Source: a virus (taxonomy: Duplodnaviria > Caudoviricetes). Taken from it: DNA of 64,000 bases. The notes under the pieces are model-generated. The model was not told the origin of the DNA. It searched no databases and saw only the letters and a program-made list of their open reading frames with translations. The stretch is taken from positions 51,732-115,731 of the IMG/VR virus record IMGVR_UViG_3300029288_000095; one strand, 5' to 3'. Shown piece after piece: positions 1-8,757 of the stretch. The translations under genes were made by a program, and so were the position numbers. The first letter of the stretch is position 1. Each line of letters begins with the position of its first letter.

Positions 1-174
1 TATGATGTCAAAAATAAGAATAAAAAGTTGAAAACAAAGCAAGTTGTGAACGAAGAAAAGCGCCCGTGTCAGCTTCTGCCGGCGAAAGGCGCACAGCCAG
101 AAATGGCGGAAATAGATCGGATTAACGCTGATCCGAATTCAAACGCGGGACATTTCTTTTAATCGGAGTTATTT

Positions 175-1209
175 ATGCATGAACAGCTTGCACAATATGC
201 CAAGCGCTATTCTGAAACAGACCTTGAAATTCTGTTGAAAGGCGGGCTTGAAGTTACGCATAAAATAGCTTCCAACATAGCCATCTATGAAGATAAAGTT
301 CCGGTTGAAGAAGCAAAAGCACAGATAGAAAATGCCGATCTTATGTCGGCTGTTTTAGCGTGTATACAGGAAGAAGGTTTCATAGCTGAAATAAACGGCG
401 AACATCTTGTTGTCGCTCAATCTTCCAAGTTTGAAGAAAAGCTTGCGAATAAGGTTTGGGTTGGCGATCACGTTGGACAAGAACTTGTTCGTCAGGCAAA
501 GAAAGCAAAAGAAAAGATGGTCAAGATACAACGTGTGCCGTCTAAGTTCGCAAAGCCGGCAGAAGAACTCGGCTGGGGAACACCTGGCTATACCTATTGT
601 TCTGTTTGGAGAATACCAGCAACTCATACGATTGAAATAGGCGGATATGTCGTACCGGCATATATGGTTGGATATACACAGAAAATCATGCCGCGCTCGA
701 CGCAGTGGGGAACGAAGGAAAACGAAAATAAGCAGATCGTTCCTGACCGCGCAAAGATTTCAAAGCTTGAATCGGTGAACAGAATTCTCACAGCTATGGA
801 AAGCTCGGCGCGTCTTGTTCAGAAAGAAAATCCCAAGACGGGCGAAAAGGAATGGGCGCTTGTTTCTACGGATGATTCGGCTAAAACACTTAGGTATTTT
901 GGACCAGATAAACCGTCAAATGAAGCTGTAGAAAAAGAAGAAAAGCGCGTTAATTATTTTAAGCATAATGCACATTATCTTGGTTCTGAAAAATCAGTTA
1001 AGACATTCATAGAAATTGATGGAAATGAAAAAGACGTAGAAGTTTTTTTTGATTATACGCCAGCGGAAAAAGAAACTGGAACTGGCGAACAGCTTGTCAT
1101 AAATCGGGTTATTGATGTTGCCACTGGTGATAAACTTGATCTGAATGAAGCGCAGATTGACGCGCTTAAAGAAAAGGCATTTGAGTCTCTTGAAAATGGC
1201 AAAGAATAA
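175..1209 (+). CDS. Hypothetical protein, probably head-associated
   Basis: 344 aa ORF with GGAG RBS, downstream of the late-promoter-like motif at 24-50; contains K-x-A motifs (HKIAS, EKLAN). Confidence 0.55.
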   Translation: MHEQLAQYAKRYSETDLEILLKGGLEVTHKIASNIAIYEDKVPVEEAKAQIENADLMSAVLACIQEEGFIAEINGEHLVVAQSSKFEEKLANKVWVGDHVGQELVRQAKKAKEKMVKIQRVPSKFAKPAEELGWGTPGYTYCSVWRIPATHTIEIGGYVVPAYMVGYTQKIMPRSTQWGTKENENKQIVPDRAKISKLESVNRILTAMESSARLVQKENPKTGEKEWALVSTDDSAKTLRYFGPDKPSNEAVEKEEKRVNYFKHNAHYLGSEKSVKTFIEIDGNEKDVEVFFDYTPAEKETGTGEQLVINRVIDVATGDKLDLNEAQIDALKEKAFESLENGKE

Positions 1210-3915
1210 ATGGCGAAACACACGGATTATGATTGGCTAACAACACGCGAAAGGAACTTGAAGAAGACGAAGAAAGATACGCGTCGGGAAATGGACATTG
1301 ATATCGATGGACTTCCCCAAGAAAGCAACGGCGGTTACGATATGGTCGGGAAGCAAAGCCCGTCCGATAAGAATATAATAAGCCCAGTGGCGCATAGGAC
1401 GAACAGGAGTACGACAATGAATATGCCAAAATGGATTGAAAAGGCGGCTAACATCTTCGTTGGCAAGAAGATAGGCGAAGAAAAGATAGTTACCGCATCC
1501 GAAAAGAATCCTAATCTGTCCGCCGTTGATGCATACCTTGACAAGAACAGAATTCATCTTAATGAATTTATGTATACAAGCCTTTTGAAAAAGGCGGAAG
1601 CGGTTACGGTTAATTTGGCTTCTGACTTTAATACAATCGGCAAAATGGTCAAAGAGGTTTACGATGAAGCACTTCACCAAGCGCAGACTCCACAGCCAGT
1701 TGAAAAAACGGCTGGAAAATATGACTACACGTTTACCGCGAATATTGCGAAAGCGCAGAAATCGCAAGTCAAACAAACCGCTAGTGGATATACTACACTT
1801 GCTGAATGTATCTCTGATATCGCTGCCAAAATGAAAACAGAAGTAACATCTGACGAAATACAGGATGTTACTAAACAAGTACAGAATGAAATAAGCAAGC
1901 GCCGCCATGCGTCTAATGACGATATAACTTCTCTGGTCGTAAAAGCTGTTGAAGTAATCGCGGCTAAGAAGACGGGCGTTAAACTTGCGCACAATGGTAT
2001 CCGCACTACCGTTGATCAGATAAAACTTGAAGCGGCGCAAAAAGTGGCGATAGCCTCTACGCTTGAACAGAATAAAGTGACAAAAGTCAAGGCTGAAGCA
2101 CTTTCAGAAGCGGCGAAAAAATCGGTGAAAGAAGCCGCTGAAAGAATGACATTTCCTAAAAATAAAGTAACAGTTCAAAAGCAAGTAAATCTCCCCGAAG
2201 GTTATCAAAAGAAAGAAATGGATGAAGGAAAGGAAATTTCTACTCCAGCCACAAAACAAGCTGAAAAACTTTTCCAAAAGATCGTCGATCAGTTTTCTGT
2301 CATTGCTGAAATAGAAGAAAAAGTGAAAATAAAGATAGAAGAAATAAAAAAAGAGGAAGGACTTCAGAAAGAAGTTGAAAAGATGGAAGCTGCCGTTACG
2401 GATCTTGCTACCCTCGCTGGAACAGCTCACAACAATGCAATACAAATTCAAAGCAAAGCTACGGCAGCATATAATTATGCAGTTCTTGTTACGCACGAAA
2501 AGCAAAAAGAAGAACCTACTGAAGAAGAAATTGTTGCAGAGATGAAAAAGAAGATTCCATTTTTTGATCTTCAACAGTATAATGAAATGTCGAAAGCGCT
2601 TTCTGAATCAATAAAATCTATTAAAGCGGCTAAAGGATTTAAGCTTGTTGAAAAGTCTATGCCGGAACTGAAAATAGTTACGAAGGGTTCGCTGAATGTT
2701 ACCGCAGAAGAATATGTTGATCTTGTTTCTGCTATAGAAACACTTTCGGCACAAGTATCTGAATTTAATTCAGTTATGGAAAAAGATCTTGCGGAATTTG
2801 AATCCGTTGATCTCGGTGAAGAAGTAGCAGAAGAACAGATCGCGGCTTCAGCTAAACCGAAGCTTGAAAAGAAGGCTGAAGCTGATGATACGTACTATGT
2901 TGAAGTATCACTACAACCATCTAGCGGAGGATTTGGTGAATGGGCACGCCACGCAAATTCACATGGCCCTTACACAGAAAATGAAGTATACGGAGATATT
3001 TTTGATATATTAAATATGGCTAAAGAAAATATCGATAGAGAAATATATCAACTGGGAGAAGCTGATGTCCCAAAAGAAATTGATGATATCCGTGGTAAAA
3101 TACATAATGAGCCAACTTTTGTTTTCGGTTATTTGGACGAAAACAATGAGCCAAAATATTTTGGCGTAGATGAAATTGGAAAAAATGAAATCAAAGGTAT
3201 GGAAAAAGAATCTTCTTGGAAATCCACTAAACCGCCCAGGCAGTGGTTCAATGAAAAAGCCAACGAAATCAGCAAAGGAAATCCAGATTATACCGACGAA
3301 CAAGTAAATGCTACCGTTGGTAAAATTTGGTCAGACATGAGCGAAAAGGATAAGGCGGCAAAACGCCACAGCGAAGGCAAGGAATACGGTACGCCGAAAA
3401 AGGCTTCGCTCAACAAGCTTGGCAATGACTTCATGCTGCGCAAAGCTGGGTTCCCAGATCGTTACCCATACATCGACAAATGCCGTAACTGCGCATTCTT
3501 CTATAGCGGTCTTGGAACGGTATACGACAAGTGCGTAGACTGTATCCACTTCTACAGTGAACCTGAGTTGAAAGATATGGCAAAGGAAGATATCAGCGGA
3601 TTGGGGGACTATTTTTATGATAAGAGCAACAAGTTCAATGTAGGGACGCCCGTATTCAATACGAAACACGCTTCGCTTAAAGTAGACGCCACACAATATA
3701 ACAAGCTTGATGAAGATTCAAAAAAGCTTGTAAAAGAAACCATTGCTCTTGAAAATGAGATATCTAGTCTAATGGAAAAACCCGGCAATAGGGATATTGT
3801 GAATAAAAAATATCAAGAGTACAAATCCCAAAGAGCATCTTTATCTGGAAAATATGGGTATCAAAACGAATCGTTTAATGAAGCGGTTAAACAATATATG
3901 AAAAGTAATTCTTAA
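1210..3915 (+). CDS. Large K-x-A-motif-rich protein, putative internal head polyprotein
   Basis: 901 aa; many K/R-x-A motifs separate a coiled-coil part, an acidic domain, an HMG-box-like segment and a CxxC..CxxC segment. Confidence 0.55.
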   Translation: MAKHTDYDWLTTRERNLKKTKKDTRREMDIDIDGLPQESNGGYDMVGKQSPSDKNIISPVAHRTNRSTTMNMPKWIEKAANIFVGKKIGEEKIVTASEKNPNLSAVDAYLDKNRIHLNEFMYTSLLKKAEAVTVNLASDFNTIGKMVKEVYDEALHQAQTPQPVEKTAGKYDYTFTANIAKAQKSQVKQTASGYTTLAECISDIAAKMKTEVTSDEIQDVTKQVQNEISKRRHASNDDITSLVVKAVEVIAAKKTGVKLAHNGIRTTVDQIKLEAAQKVAIASTLEQNKVTKVKAEALSEAAKKSVKEAAERMTFPKNKVTVQKQVNLPEGYQKKEMDEGKEISTPATKQAEKLFQKIVDQFSVIAEIEEKVKIKIEEIKKEEGLQKEVEKMEAAVTDLATLAGTAHNNAIQIQSKATAAYNYAVLVTHEKQKEEPTEEEIVAEMKKKIPFFDLQQYNEMSKALSESIKSIKAAKGFKLVEKSMPELKIVTKGSLNVTAEEYVDLVSAIETLSAQVSEFNSVMEKDLAEFESVDLGEEVAEEQIAASAKPKLEKKAEADDTYYVEVSLQPSSGGFGEWARHANSHGPYTENEVYGDIFDILNMAKENIDREIYQLGEADVPKEIDDIRGKIHNEPTFVFGYLDENNEPKYFGVDEIGKNEIKGMEKESSWKSTKPPRQWFNEKANEISKGNPDYTDEQVNATVGKIWSDMSEKDKAAKRHSEGKEYGTPKKASLNKLGNDFMLRKAGFPDRYPYIDKCRNCAFFYSGLGTVYDKCVDCIHFYSEPELKDMAKEDISGLGDYFYDKSNKFNVGTPVFNTKHASLKVDATQYNKLDEDSKKLVKETIALENEISSLMEKPGNRDIVNKKYQEYKSQRASLSGKYGYQNESFNEAVKQYMKSNS

Positions 3916-4202
3916 AACAACGGATTACCATCTTCATCATACGGCAAATCGAAAATAATATTTAGATTTTCACCGACAAATATTCGCCACGATGATTCCA
4001 TATCAAACAACGTTTTTGTTGTTTCAAAAGCAAATTTATAATATGGCATTATATTTATAAATTTCGTTGTGAAACTTATTGCGTTGATAAATATGTGTAC
4101 AAGCAAGAAACGCATAGGCATAAAGAATATATTGAATAAAACGTCAGTAATCTTATCCCGCGTATGCGCATTCGGGATCAGCATCGTTAATATGTTTTTC
4201 AT
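3912..4202 (-). CDS. Hypothetical early protein
   Basis: 96 aa ORF with AAGGAG RBS and its own sigma70-like promoter. Confidence 0.6.
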   Translation of the reverse strand: MKNILTMLIPNAHTRDKITDVLFNIFFMPMRFLLVHIFINAISFTTKFINIMPYYKFAFETTKTLFDMESSWRIFVGENLNIIFDLPYDEDGNPLF

Positions 4203-4220
4203 ACGTTCAACTCCTTCAAG

Positions 4221-4251
4221 TATAATATAACATATATCCAGAAAAAGTCAA
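4221..4251 (-). promoter_or_regulatory. Sigma70-type early promoter
   Basis: TTGACT-N16-TATATTATA on the - strand; same layout at 6725-6755 and 15226-15256. Confidence 0.7.
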
Positions 4252-4259
4252 GCGGAATA

Positions 4260-4458
4260 AATACTGCGGATCGCTGAAAAACATGTGTGAAATACCTTTC
4301 GTGCCACCTATATAATAGGTCACGGAGTTACCACCGTTGCCGGACTTCCACGCATCGCAGATAGGCGTGGACGGAAAACGGGCAGTAGCTTGCTGCCCGC
4401 GCCGAGTTGTTAGATCACACATGTTTGTTTTTTAACATTTTCAGCGATCCGCAGTATT
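4260..4458 (-). ncRNA. Structured element closed by a 21-bp perfect inverted repeat (candidate ncRNA or MITE)
   Basis: aatactgcggatcgctgaaaa 4260-4280 pairs with 4438-4458; aaacatgtgtga 4279-4290 pairs with 4415-4426; GC-rich hairpin core with a GCAA tetraloop on the - strand. Confidence 0.55.
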
Positions 4459-4484
4459 CACGTCCAAGATTATATAGTAAATCA

Positions 4485-4679
4485 CTAAAAGTGCTTCATG
4501 AAAAACTTGTCTATTACTGCCTCAAATCGCTTTTCCATTTCTGAATTAATACCAATTCCCTCGCCATTATTGATACTTAAATACAGTCTGCATCCATATA
4601 TGTTTTCATCAGAAATAACATACTTCCCGACACGAATGTTCGTAATTTTTTGGTCTTTTTTAGTGTTCGATGTATCCAT
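4485..4679 (-). CDS. Small hypothetical protein
   Basis: 64 aa with AAGGAG RBS. Confidence 0.6.
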   Translation of the reverse strand: MDTSNTKKDQKITNIRVGKYVISDENIYGCRLYLSINNGEGIGINSEMEKRFEAVIDKFFMKHF

Positions 4680-4694
4680 AAAAACACTCCTTAT

Positions 4695-4991
4695 TTACGT
4701 CCAAGATTCTACCGTATTTATGAGATCATCAATCCTATGTATTTGGTACGCGCTATTGAATGACGGGCGACCGCCATACATAGGTATTTCAAAAAGGAAA
4801 AAACAATCATTCTTTTTCCAGATTTCTGCTTTGCCGTAGTCGCTTTCAGGGATTACGTATACTTCGCCGTCTTTAAGATTAAGAATTTGTTCTTTATCAG
4901 TCATTTTATTTAACCTATCGTACTTTACGCCGATATTCATTGTTGAATTCAGCAACTTTTTTAAATGTATTATAGTTAACAACCCATCCAA
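4695..4991 (-). CDS. Hypothetical protein (true start probably the internal MTDKEQ)
   Basis: ORF track; co-oriented with its neighbours. Confidence 0.5.
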   Translation of the reverse strand: MDGLLTIIHLKKLLNSTMNIGVKYDRLNKMTDKEQILNLKDGEVYVIPESDYGKAEIWKKNDCFFLFEIPMYGGRPSFNSAYQIHRIDDLINTVESWT

Positions 4992-5157
4992 GCCCAGCAG
5001 AATAAACTTGATCTGTTTTATTAACTTTTTCTCCGATATTGAGATATCTGTAACCGTCCATGCTGTCTGAATATTTTTTGAAATAAATATAATTAGAATT
5101 TTGGCATATATTCCTTATCGCATGTGTGCAATCTCGATAACATTTATTACATTTCAT
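4915..5157 (-). CDS. Small Cys-rich hypothetical protein
   Basis: 80 aa with N-terminal CxxCxxxC. Confidence 0.55.
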   Translation of the reverse strand: MKCNKCYRDCTHAIRNICQNSNYIYFKKYSDSMDGYRYLNIGEKVNKTDQVYSAGLGWVVNYNTFKKVAEFNNEYRRKVR

Positions 5158-5821
5158 TTTTTTTATCTACCTTCTTCATTCTAAAATCAGATGTATAACG
5201 ATGTGTAGGACCGAATAGTTTTTCTTCAAAACCGCAATGTGGGCATTTTCCTTTATAATATCCGCCCATCATTGCGGGAAGATCTTCAAATTCGCTCTTA
5301 TATATCGGATAACCGCATTTCCAACAGATTTGCATGTCATCTTTAACATACATGGTTTTATCTTTATTATTGACAAGTTGAATCTTTAAATCATTTTCAA
5401 GTATATGTTTTTCAATTCGATTAACAATATCATATTTTTTTTCACAGTCCATGCAAATATCTGCCGTATTTGTAAATATAAGACAGCCAGTATTAAACTG
5501 ATAGCCGCGATAATACAAGGGCTTATCCATATTTTTTTGCCCTTTATAATGACGCCGAGAACTTCGGGAATATGTTTCATAATCGTATTTTTTATCACAA
5601 TAAGAACATGATCTCATTCTATCTATACGGTAATTAAATTGTCCGCTTGTTAATGATTTTGATATAATCTCATTCATTAAGGGCAATTCAAATCCTATAC
5701 TTTTTTCATATTTTTTTTTATTTATTATTTCTTGTACTCCATGCGACACCTTCCCATCAAGAAGAAGAAGCTCTTCGTACTTTAATGAAACATTCGTAGT
5801 GTTAATCATTTTTCGGCTCAT
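5147..5821 (-). CDS. Multi-CxxC zinc-binding hypothetical protein
   Basis: 224 aa with four CxxC pairs (CSYC, CMDC, CWKC, CPHC). Confidence 0.65.
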   Translation of the reverse strand: MSRKMINTTNVSLKYEELLLLDGKVSHGVQEIINKKKYEKSIGFELPLMNEIISKSLTSGQFNYRIDRMRSCSYCDKKYDYETYSRSSRRHYKGQKNMDKPLYYRGYQFNTGCLIFTNTADICMDCEKKYDIVNRIEKHILENDLKIQLVNNKDKTMYVKDDMQICWKCGYPIYKSEFEDLPAMMGGYYKGKCPHCGFEEKLFGPTHRYTSDFRMKKVDKKNEM

Positions 5822-6071
5822 ATTCTTTTACGTAGTTATCTATCCCACCACAAGCGATTACTTTATCAATGCGCGTACCGCGATCCTTATAATCAAGTTT
5901 ATGACCTATTATAATTTCGATCATACCTTTAGCAATTGCCTTATGTCGGATGTATTCATTTTTTGGTTTGCTTTTTTTCATAGCCATATCTATAAGTGTG
6001 GCAAGTTCGCAATCTGTGTAATACAAAAATGCATCATCTACGCTACGGATATTGTGTTCGGTTATTATCAT
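5802..6071 (-). CDS. Hypothetical protein
   Basis: 89 aa with AAGGAG RBS; first ORF downstream of ncRNA array 1. Confidence 0.6.
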   Translation of the reverse strand: MIITEHNIRSVDDAFLYYTDCELATLIDMAMKKSKPKNEYIRHKAIAKGMIEIIIGHKLDYKDRGTRIDKVIACGGIDNYVKEYEPKND

Positions 6072-6097
6072 TTTACCACTCCTTTTTATTTATAAAC

Positions 6098-6267
6098 AAT
6101 TTTGCGCTCACTAGGAGCGGCCAATAACAGGGCTGATATCTATCCCTACAATTTGGCAGCATGGCGGCAACCACACCCATTGCTAATCCATTCATTCTTG
6201 CCAGAGAATTGTAGATATAGCCATTGAAGTCGTTTCAGACTCCGCTACCCCCAGTCAACGCAAAATT
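6098..6267 (-). ncRNA. Array 1 unit G: rod-shaped RNA with central bubble (6S-RNA-like shape)
   Basis: Terminal stem AATTTTGCG/CGCAAAATT, nested AGCGG/CCGCT, GGCT/AGCC, CTACAATT/AATTGTAG and GGCA/TGCC; preceded by boxA-like 6271-6281. Confidence 0.55.
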
Positions 6268-6270
6268 TTT

Positions 6271-6293
6271 TTTCAAAGAACAATAAGAAAAAA
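6271..6293 (-). repeat. U-tract plus boxA-like linker repeat
   Basis: tttcaaagaacaataagaaaaaa is 22/23 identical to 6518-6540; the core also occurs at 6710-6720, 10654-10664, 10852-10862 and 11004-11014. Confidence 0.8.
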
Positions 6294-6297
6294 GGTA

Positions 6298-6516
6298 GCG
6301 CAACTTCCTTCATGACAACGATAGCCTTTATCCCACGATAACGGGAGGCTAAATCATGTTTTATTTGTTTCTACTTCTTAGGTTCTCAACACCGCTTCAT
6401 TGCCTCTGGTAACAACGGAGGTCCTAGACGCTCCGTAAAGGTATCTTTCAACCTGAATAATGAACGGGTAAGTTTCCTTAACCCGCAGGCTCCGCGATGC
6501 ACCGTAAATAGTGCGC
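6298..6516 (-). ncRNA. Array 1 unit F: multi-hairpin structured RNA
   Basis: Ends GCGCA/TGCGC; hairpins CGGGT..AAG-GAAA-CTT..ACCCG, CGGAG/CTCCG and CATGA..AGCCT/AGGCT..TCATG; no ORF of 60 aa or more; preceded by boxA-like 6518-6528. Confidence 0.5.
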
Positions 6517-6540
6517 TTTTCAAAGAACAATAATAAAAAA

Positions 6541-6708
6541 TCCTTCCTATCTACGCCTTCAGCCGTAAGGCACTAATGGATTCCTCTTTCGAGGCTATCC
6601 TCACATAGCGGAGAAGTATGCCTAATCCTGTGCCAGGCTTGACACTTTGAAACATCTTTACCATTCAAGGAATAGTGTTCTGGCTCTAAAGGCTCCTTCT
6701 CGGAAGGA
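6541..6708 (-). ncRNA. Array 1 unit E: multi-hairpin structured RNA
   Basis: Closing stem TCCTTCC/GGAAGGA, nested GAGAAG/CTTCTC, GCCAG/CTGGC and ACACT/AGTGT, plus a CCTC-GAAA-GAGG tetraloop; preceded by boxA-like 6710-6720. Confidence 0.55.
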
Positions 6709-6724
6709 CTATCAAAGAACTACG

Positions 6725-6755
6725 TATAATATACTATAAATCGTAAAAAAGTCAA
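6725..6755 (-). promoter_or_regulatory. Sigma70-type promoter of ncRNA array 1
   Basis: TTGACT-N16-TATATT, immediately followed by GTTCTTTGATA. Confidence 0.7.
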
Positions 6756-7012
6756 GCGTTATTTATCTTATTAAGTTCGTCTATAAGCCTTTGATTTTCT
6801 ATAGATACGGAATCACATATTTCTTGCATTCTTTCTTTTTCGCGTTTTAGTTCTTCAAACTGCAACAAGAGTTGGCGATAAGCCGCATCACCATCTTCAT
6901 TTTTCTTTTTAAGATTATCTATTGCAATGTAAGCGGCAGTAAGTGCAAAAATAGCGTCTAGTCTTGGTTCTTCTGAATGCTGTATGTCTTGAATGTCTTC
7001 TTGAAGGCTCAT
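6752..7012 (-). CDS. Coiled-coil hypothetical protein
   Basis: 86 aa with heptad pattern. Confidence 0.55.
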   Translation of the reverse strand: MSLQEDIQDIQHSEEPRLDAIFALTAAYIAIDNLKKKNEDGDAAYRQLLLQFEELKREKERMQEICDSVSIENQRLIDELNKINNA

Positions 7013-7015
7013 GTT

Positions 7016-7597
7016 TCACCATCCTGTAAATAATAAATAATTTTTATCGAAATCGAATGTCTTGTATATTCTTACAAGATCAAACACTTGATATTCGTAT
7101 GCATCTGATTTTACCAGGTGTTCAGATTTTTTATCAAGGTTGTATGGCGTAAAGCCGTAATCACTTTTCCAATTACACTTCAGACGATTATTTATAAAAC
7201 CATATAAATTAGATTTGCTTATCGCGTCAAAATCTTTATTTTCCAGACCAGTGATAAGCGCATCAAATATTTCTTGTAGATAATCGCCCATTTCTTTGTG
7301 GATGAATTCTATTTGCACTTTGACAAATTCATCATCTACCATCCAAAAATCATATTCGCGGGTCATGTATTTATGGGTATCCATGTTGAGAAAAAAACAT
7401 CTTTTATACTCTTTACCGTCACCTCCCCAATATTTTCCAAATTCATATAATTCTTTTGTAGGGATATCATGCGGTGAAACATAATATCCTTCACCATCAT
7501 ATTCCCCATATTTCTTTTTCAATTCATCTACGGTAAGAGTTCGTATCTTATCACCTTTTTTCTTTGAAATGCACTGAAGATATTGTCTGTAACCCAT
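7016..7597 (-). CDS. Hypothetical phage protein
   Basis: 193 aa with AAGGA RBS. Confidence 0.65.
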   Translation of the reverse strand: MGYRQYLQCISKKKGDKIRTLTVDELKKKYGEYDGEGYYVSPHDIPTKELYEFGKYWGGDGKEYKRCFFLNMDTHKYMTREYDFWMVDDEFVKVQIEFIHKEMGDYLQEIFDALITGLENKDFDAISKSNLYGFINNRLKCNWKSDYGFTPYNLDKKSEHLVKSDAYEYQVFDLVRIYKTFDFDKNYLLFTGW

Positions 7598-7599
7598 TT

Positions 7600-7737
7600 T
7601 TATATTCCTTTTTTAATTCTTGCGCGTCTTGTATTATAATCAATAATTTCTGTTATTATGGCAAATATAATTTCTAGCATTGGTACAAGAAATATTGATA
7701 TACAAAAGAAAATAAATAATATGGGTAAAAATTTCAT
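7600..7737 (-). CDS. Small membrane peptide (not in ORF track)
   Basis: Hand translation MKFLPILFIFFCISIFLVPMLEIIFAII...RIKKGI, 45 aa; ATGA overlap with the upstream gene. Confidence 0.45.
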   Translation of the reverse strand: MKFLPILFIFFCISIFLVPMLEIIFAIITEIIDYNTRRARIKKGI

Positions 7738-7886
7738 TTCTTACCAACCTTGCGCGGCTTGCGCTTTGGTTTTATAACCATAAGTATCTTATGGCAGTCG
7801 CATTCACATAGCCACTGTGCTAAAGGTACTTGATTGATAACTCTGCCCTTTTTATGACCGCACTCTAAACATTTTGACATCAGCAT
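7734..7886 (-). CDS. Small Cys-rich basic peptide (not in ORF track)
   Basis: MLMSKCLECGH...CECDCH...KPKRKPRKVGKK. Confidence 0.45.
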   Translation of the reverse strand: MLMSKCLECGHKKGRVINQVPLAQWLCECDCHKILMVIKPKRKPRKVGKK

Positions 7887-8054
7887 TCACCATTTCACCT
7901 TAGACTTACGTTTAAGCGGCTTGCGCTTGGGTTTCCAATTTGTACATACAACATAATCATATAGGCATCTTTCTGGAATACCGTTTTTTGTTTCAGAAAT
8001 GCACTTTGTGTTCCCAGCATCGCAAGCATCGCATACATACTTTTTATATTTCAT
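7887..8054 (-). CDS. Small Cys-rich basic peptide (not in ORF track)
   Basis: MKYKKYVCDAC...CTNWKPKRKPLKRKSKVKW; ATGA overlap with the upstream gene. Confidence 0.45.
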   Translation of the reverse strand: MKYKKYVCDACDAGNTKCISETKNGIPERCLYDYVVCTNWKPKRKPLKRKSKVKW

Positions 8055-8287
8055 TCTGCATCCACCTTCACCGCTGACGGTACTGCAGCGCGTTTCAAGT
8101 GTTGTTTACAAAATAATTCACCGGTAACAGGTTTTCGTGAACATTGCTTAAATAACAACCCTGACGGTATTTCCATCGCGCATTTATTTTCTTGATACGC
8201 ACGTCCATTCGGCATACCTGGCCATGATCCGTACCTATAAAGTCGCGCTTCATCTTTTGTTTTCGGTAGATTTATCATATACATCAC
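8051..8287 (-). CDS. Small C3H zinc-finger-like protein
   Basis: C..QCSRK...FCKQH pattern; AAGGAG RBS. Confidence 0.6.
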   Translation of the reverse strand: MMYMINLPKTKDEARLYRYGSWPGMPNGRAYQENKCAMEIPSGLLFKQCSRKPVTGELFCKQHLKRAAVPSAVKVDAE

Positions 8288-8514
8288 TCCTTATCGTTAG
8301 CTGACGGGGCGGTAGTGCGCTCAACGCTGTTGTTTGGAAGTTCAAAAAATGGCGTTTTGTCTTTTTTATCAGTGAAAGCCTTCCCATTGCAACTACAGCA
8401 CCCGTAAGTATTACCTGAATATAAATAAACCACATCTCCTTTTTTATAATCCCTTTGTAGCCAAGAGCATTCGCTTTTCAATACATCCCGTATCAATATA
8501 TATTTATTTTCCAT
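8284..8514 (-). CDS. Small hypothetical protein
   Basis: 76 aa ending SANDKE. Confidence 0.6.
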   Translation of the reverse strand: MENKYILIRDVLKSECSWLQRDYKKGDVVYLYSGNTYGCCSCNGKAFTDKKDKTPFFELPNNSVERTTAPSANDKE

Positions 8515-8517
8515 ACA

Positions 8518-8754
8518 TCACTCATTATCGTTAGCTGACGTGGCGTCAGTGCTCTTCAAGTGTTTTTCTATTGCGCGTATACACGCTTTTACTTTTGGTA
8601 TGTCAGATATTAGCAATTCAATTGTACCGCCATTGCCATGACCTGCATTTGGGTATAAGTACATTTCTGAATCTGTAGATATATAAACTGATTCCCTGCG
8701 TATTTCAGCCGAAAAACTCCCCATAGATTTAGTTTGATTCAAACATAGCCCCAT
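8518..8754 (-). CDS. Small hypothetical protein
   Basis: 78 aa ending SANDNE; AAGGAG RBS. Confidence 0.6.
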   Translation of the reverse strand: MGLCLNQTKSMGSFSAEIRRESVYISTDSEMYLYPNAGHGNGGTIELLISDIPKVKACIRAIEKHLKSTDATSANDNE

Positions 8755-8757
8755 ACA

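Noticed and set aside
1237-2040. 267-aa - strand ORF and similar antisense ORFs over structural genes (e.g. 15711-16547, 47630-48283)
   Set aside because: Shadows of well-supported + strand genes
4216-4422. 68-aa - strand ORF
   Set aside because: Runs through the inverted-repeat element and the next promoter; no RBS seen
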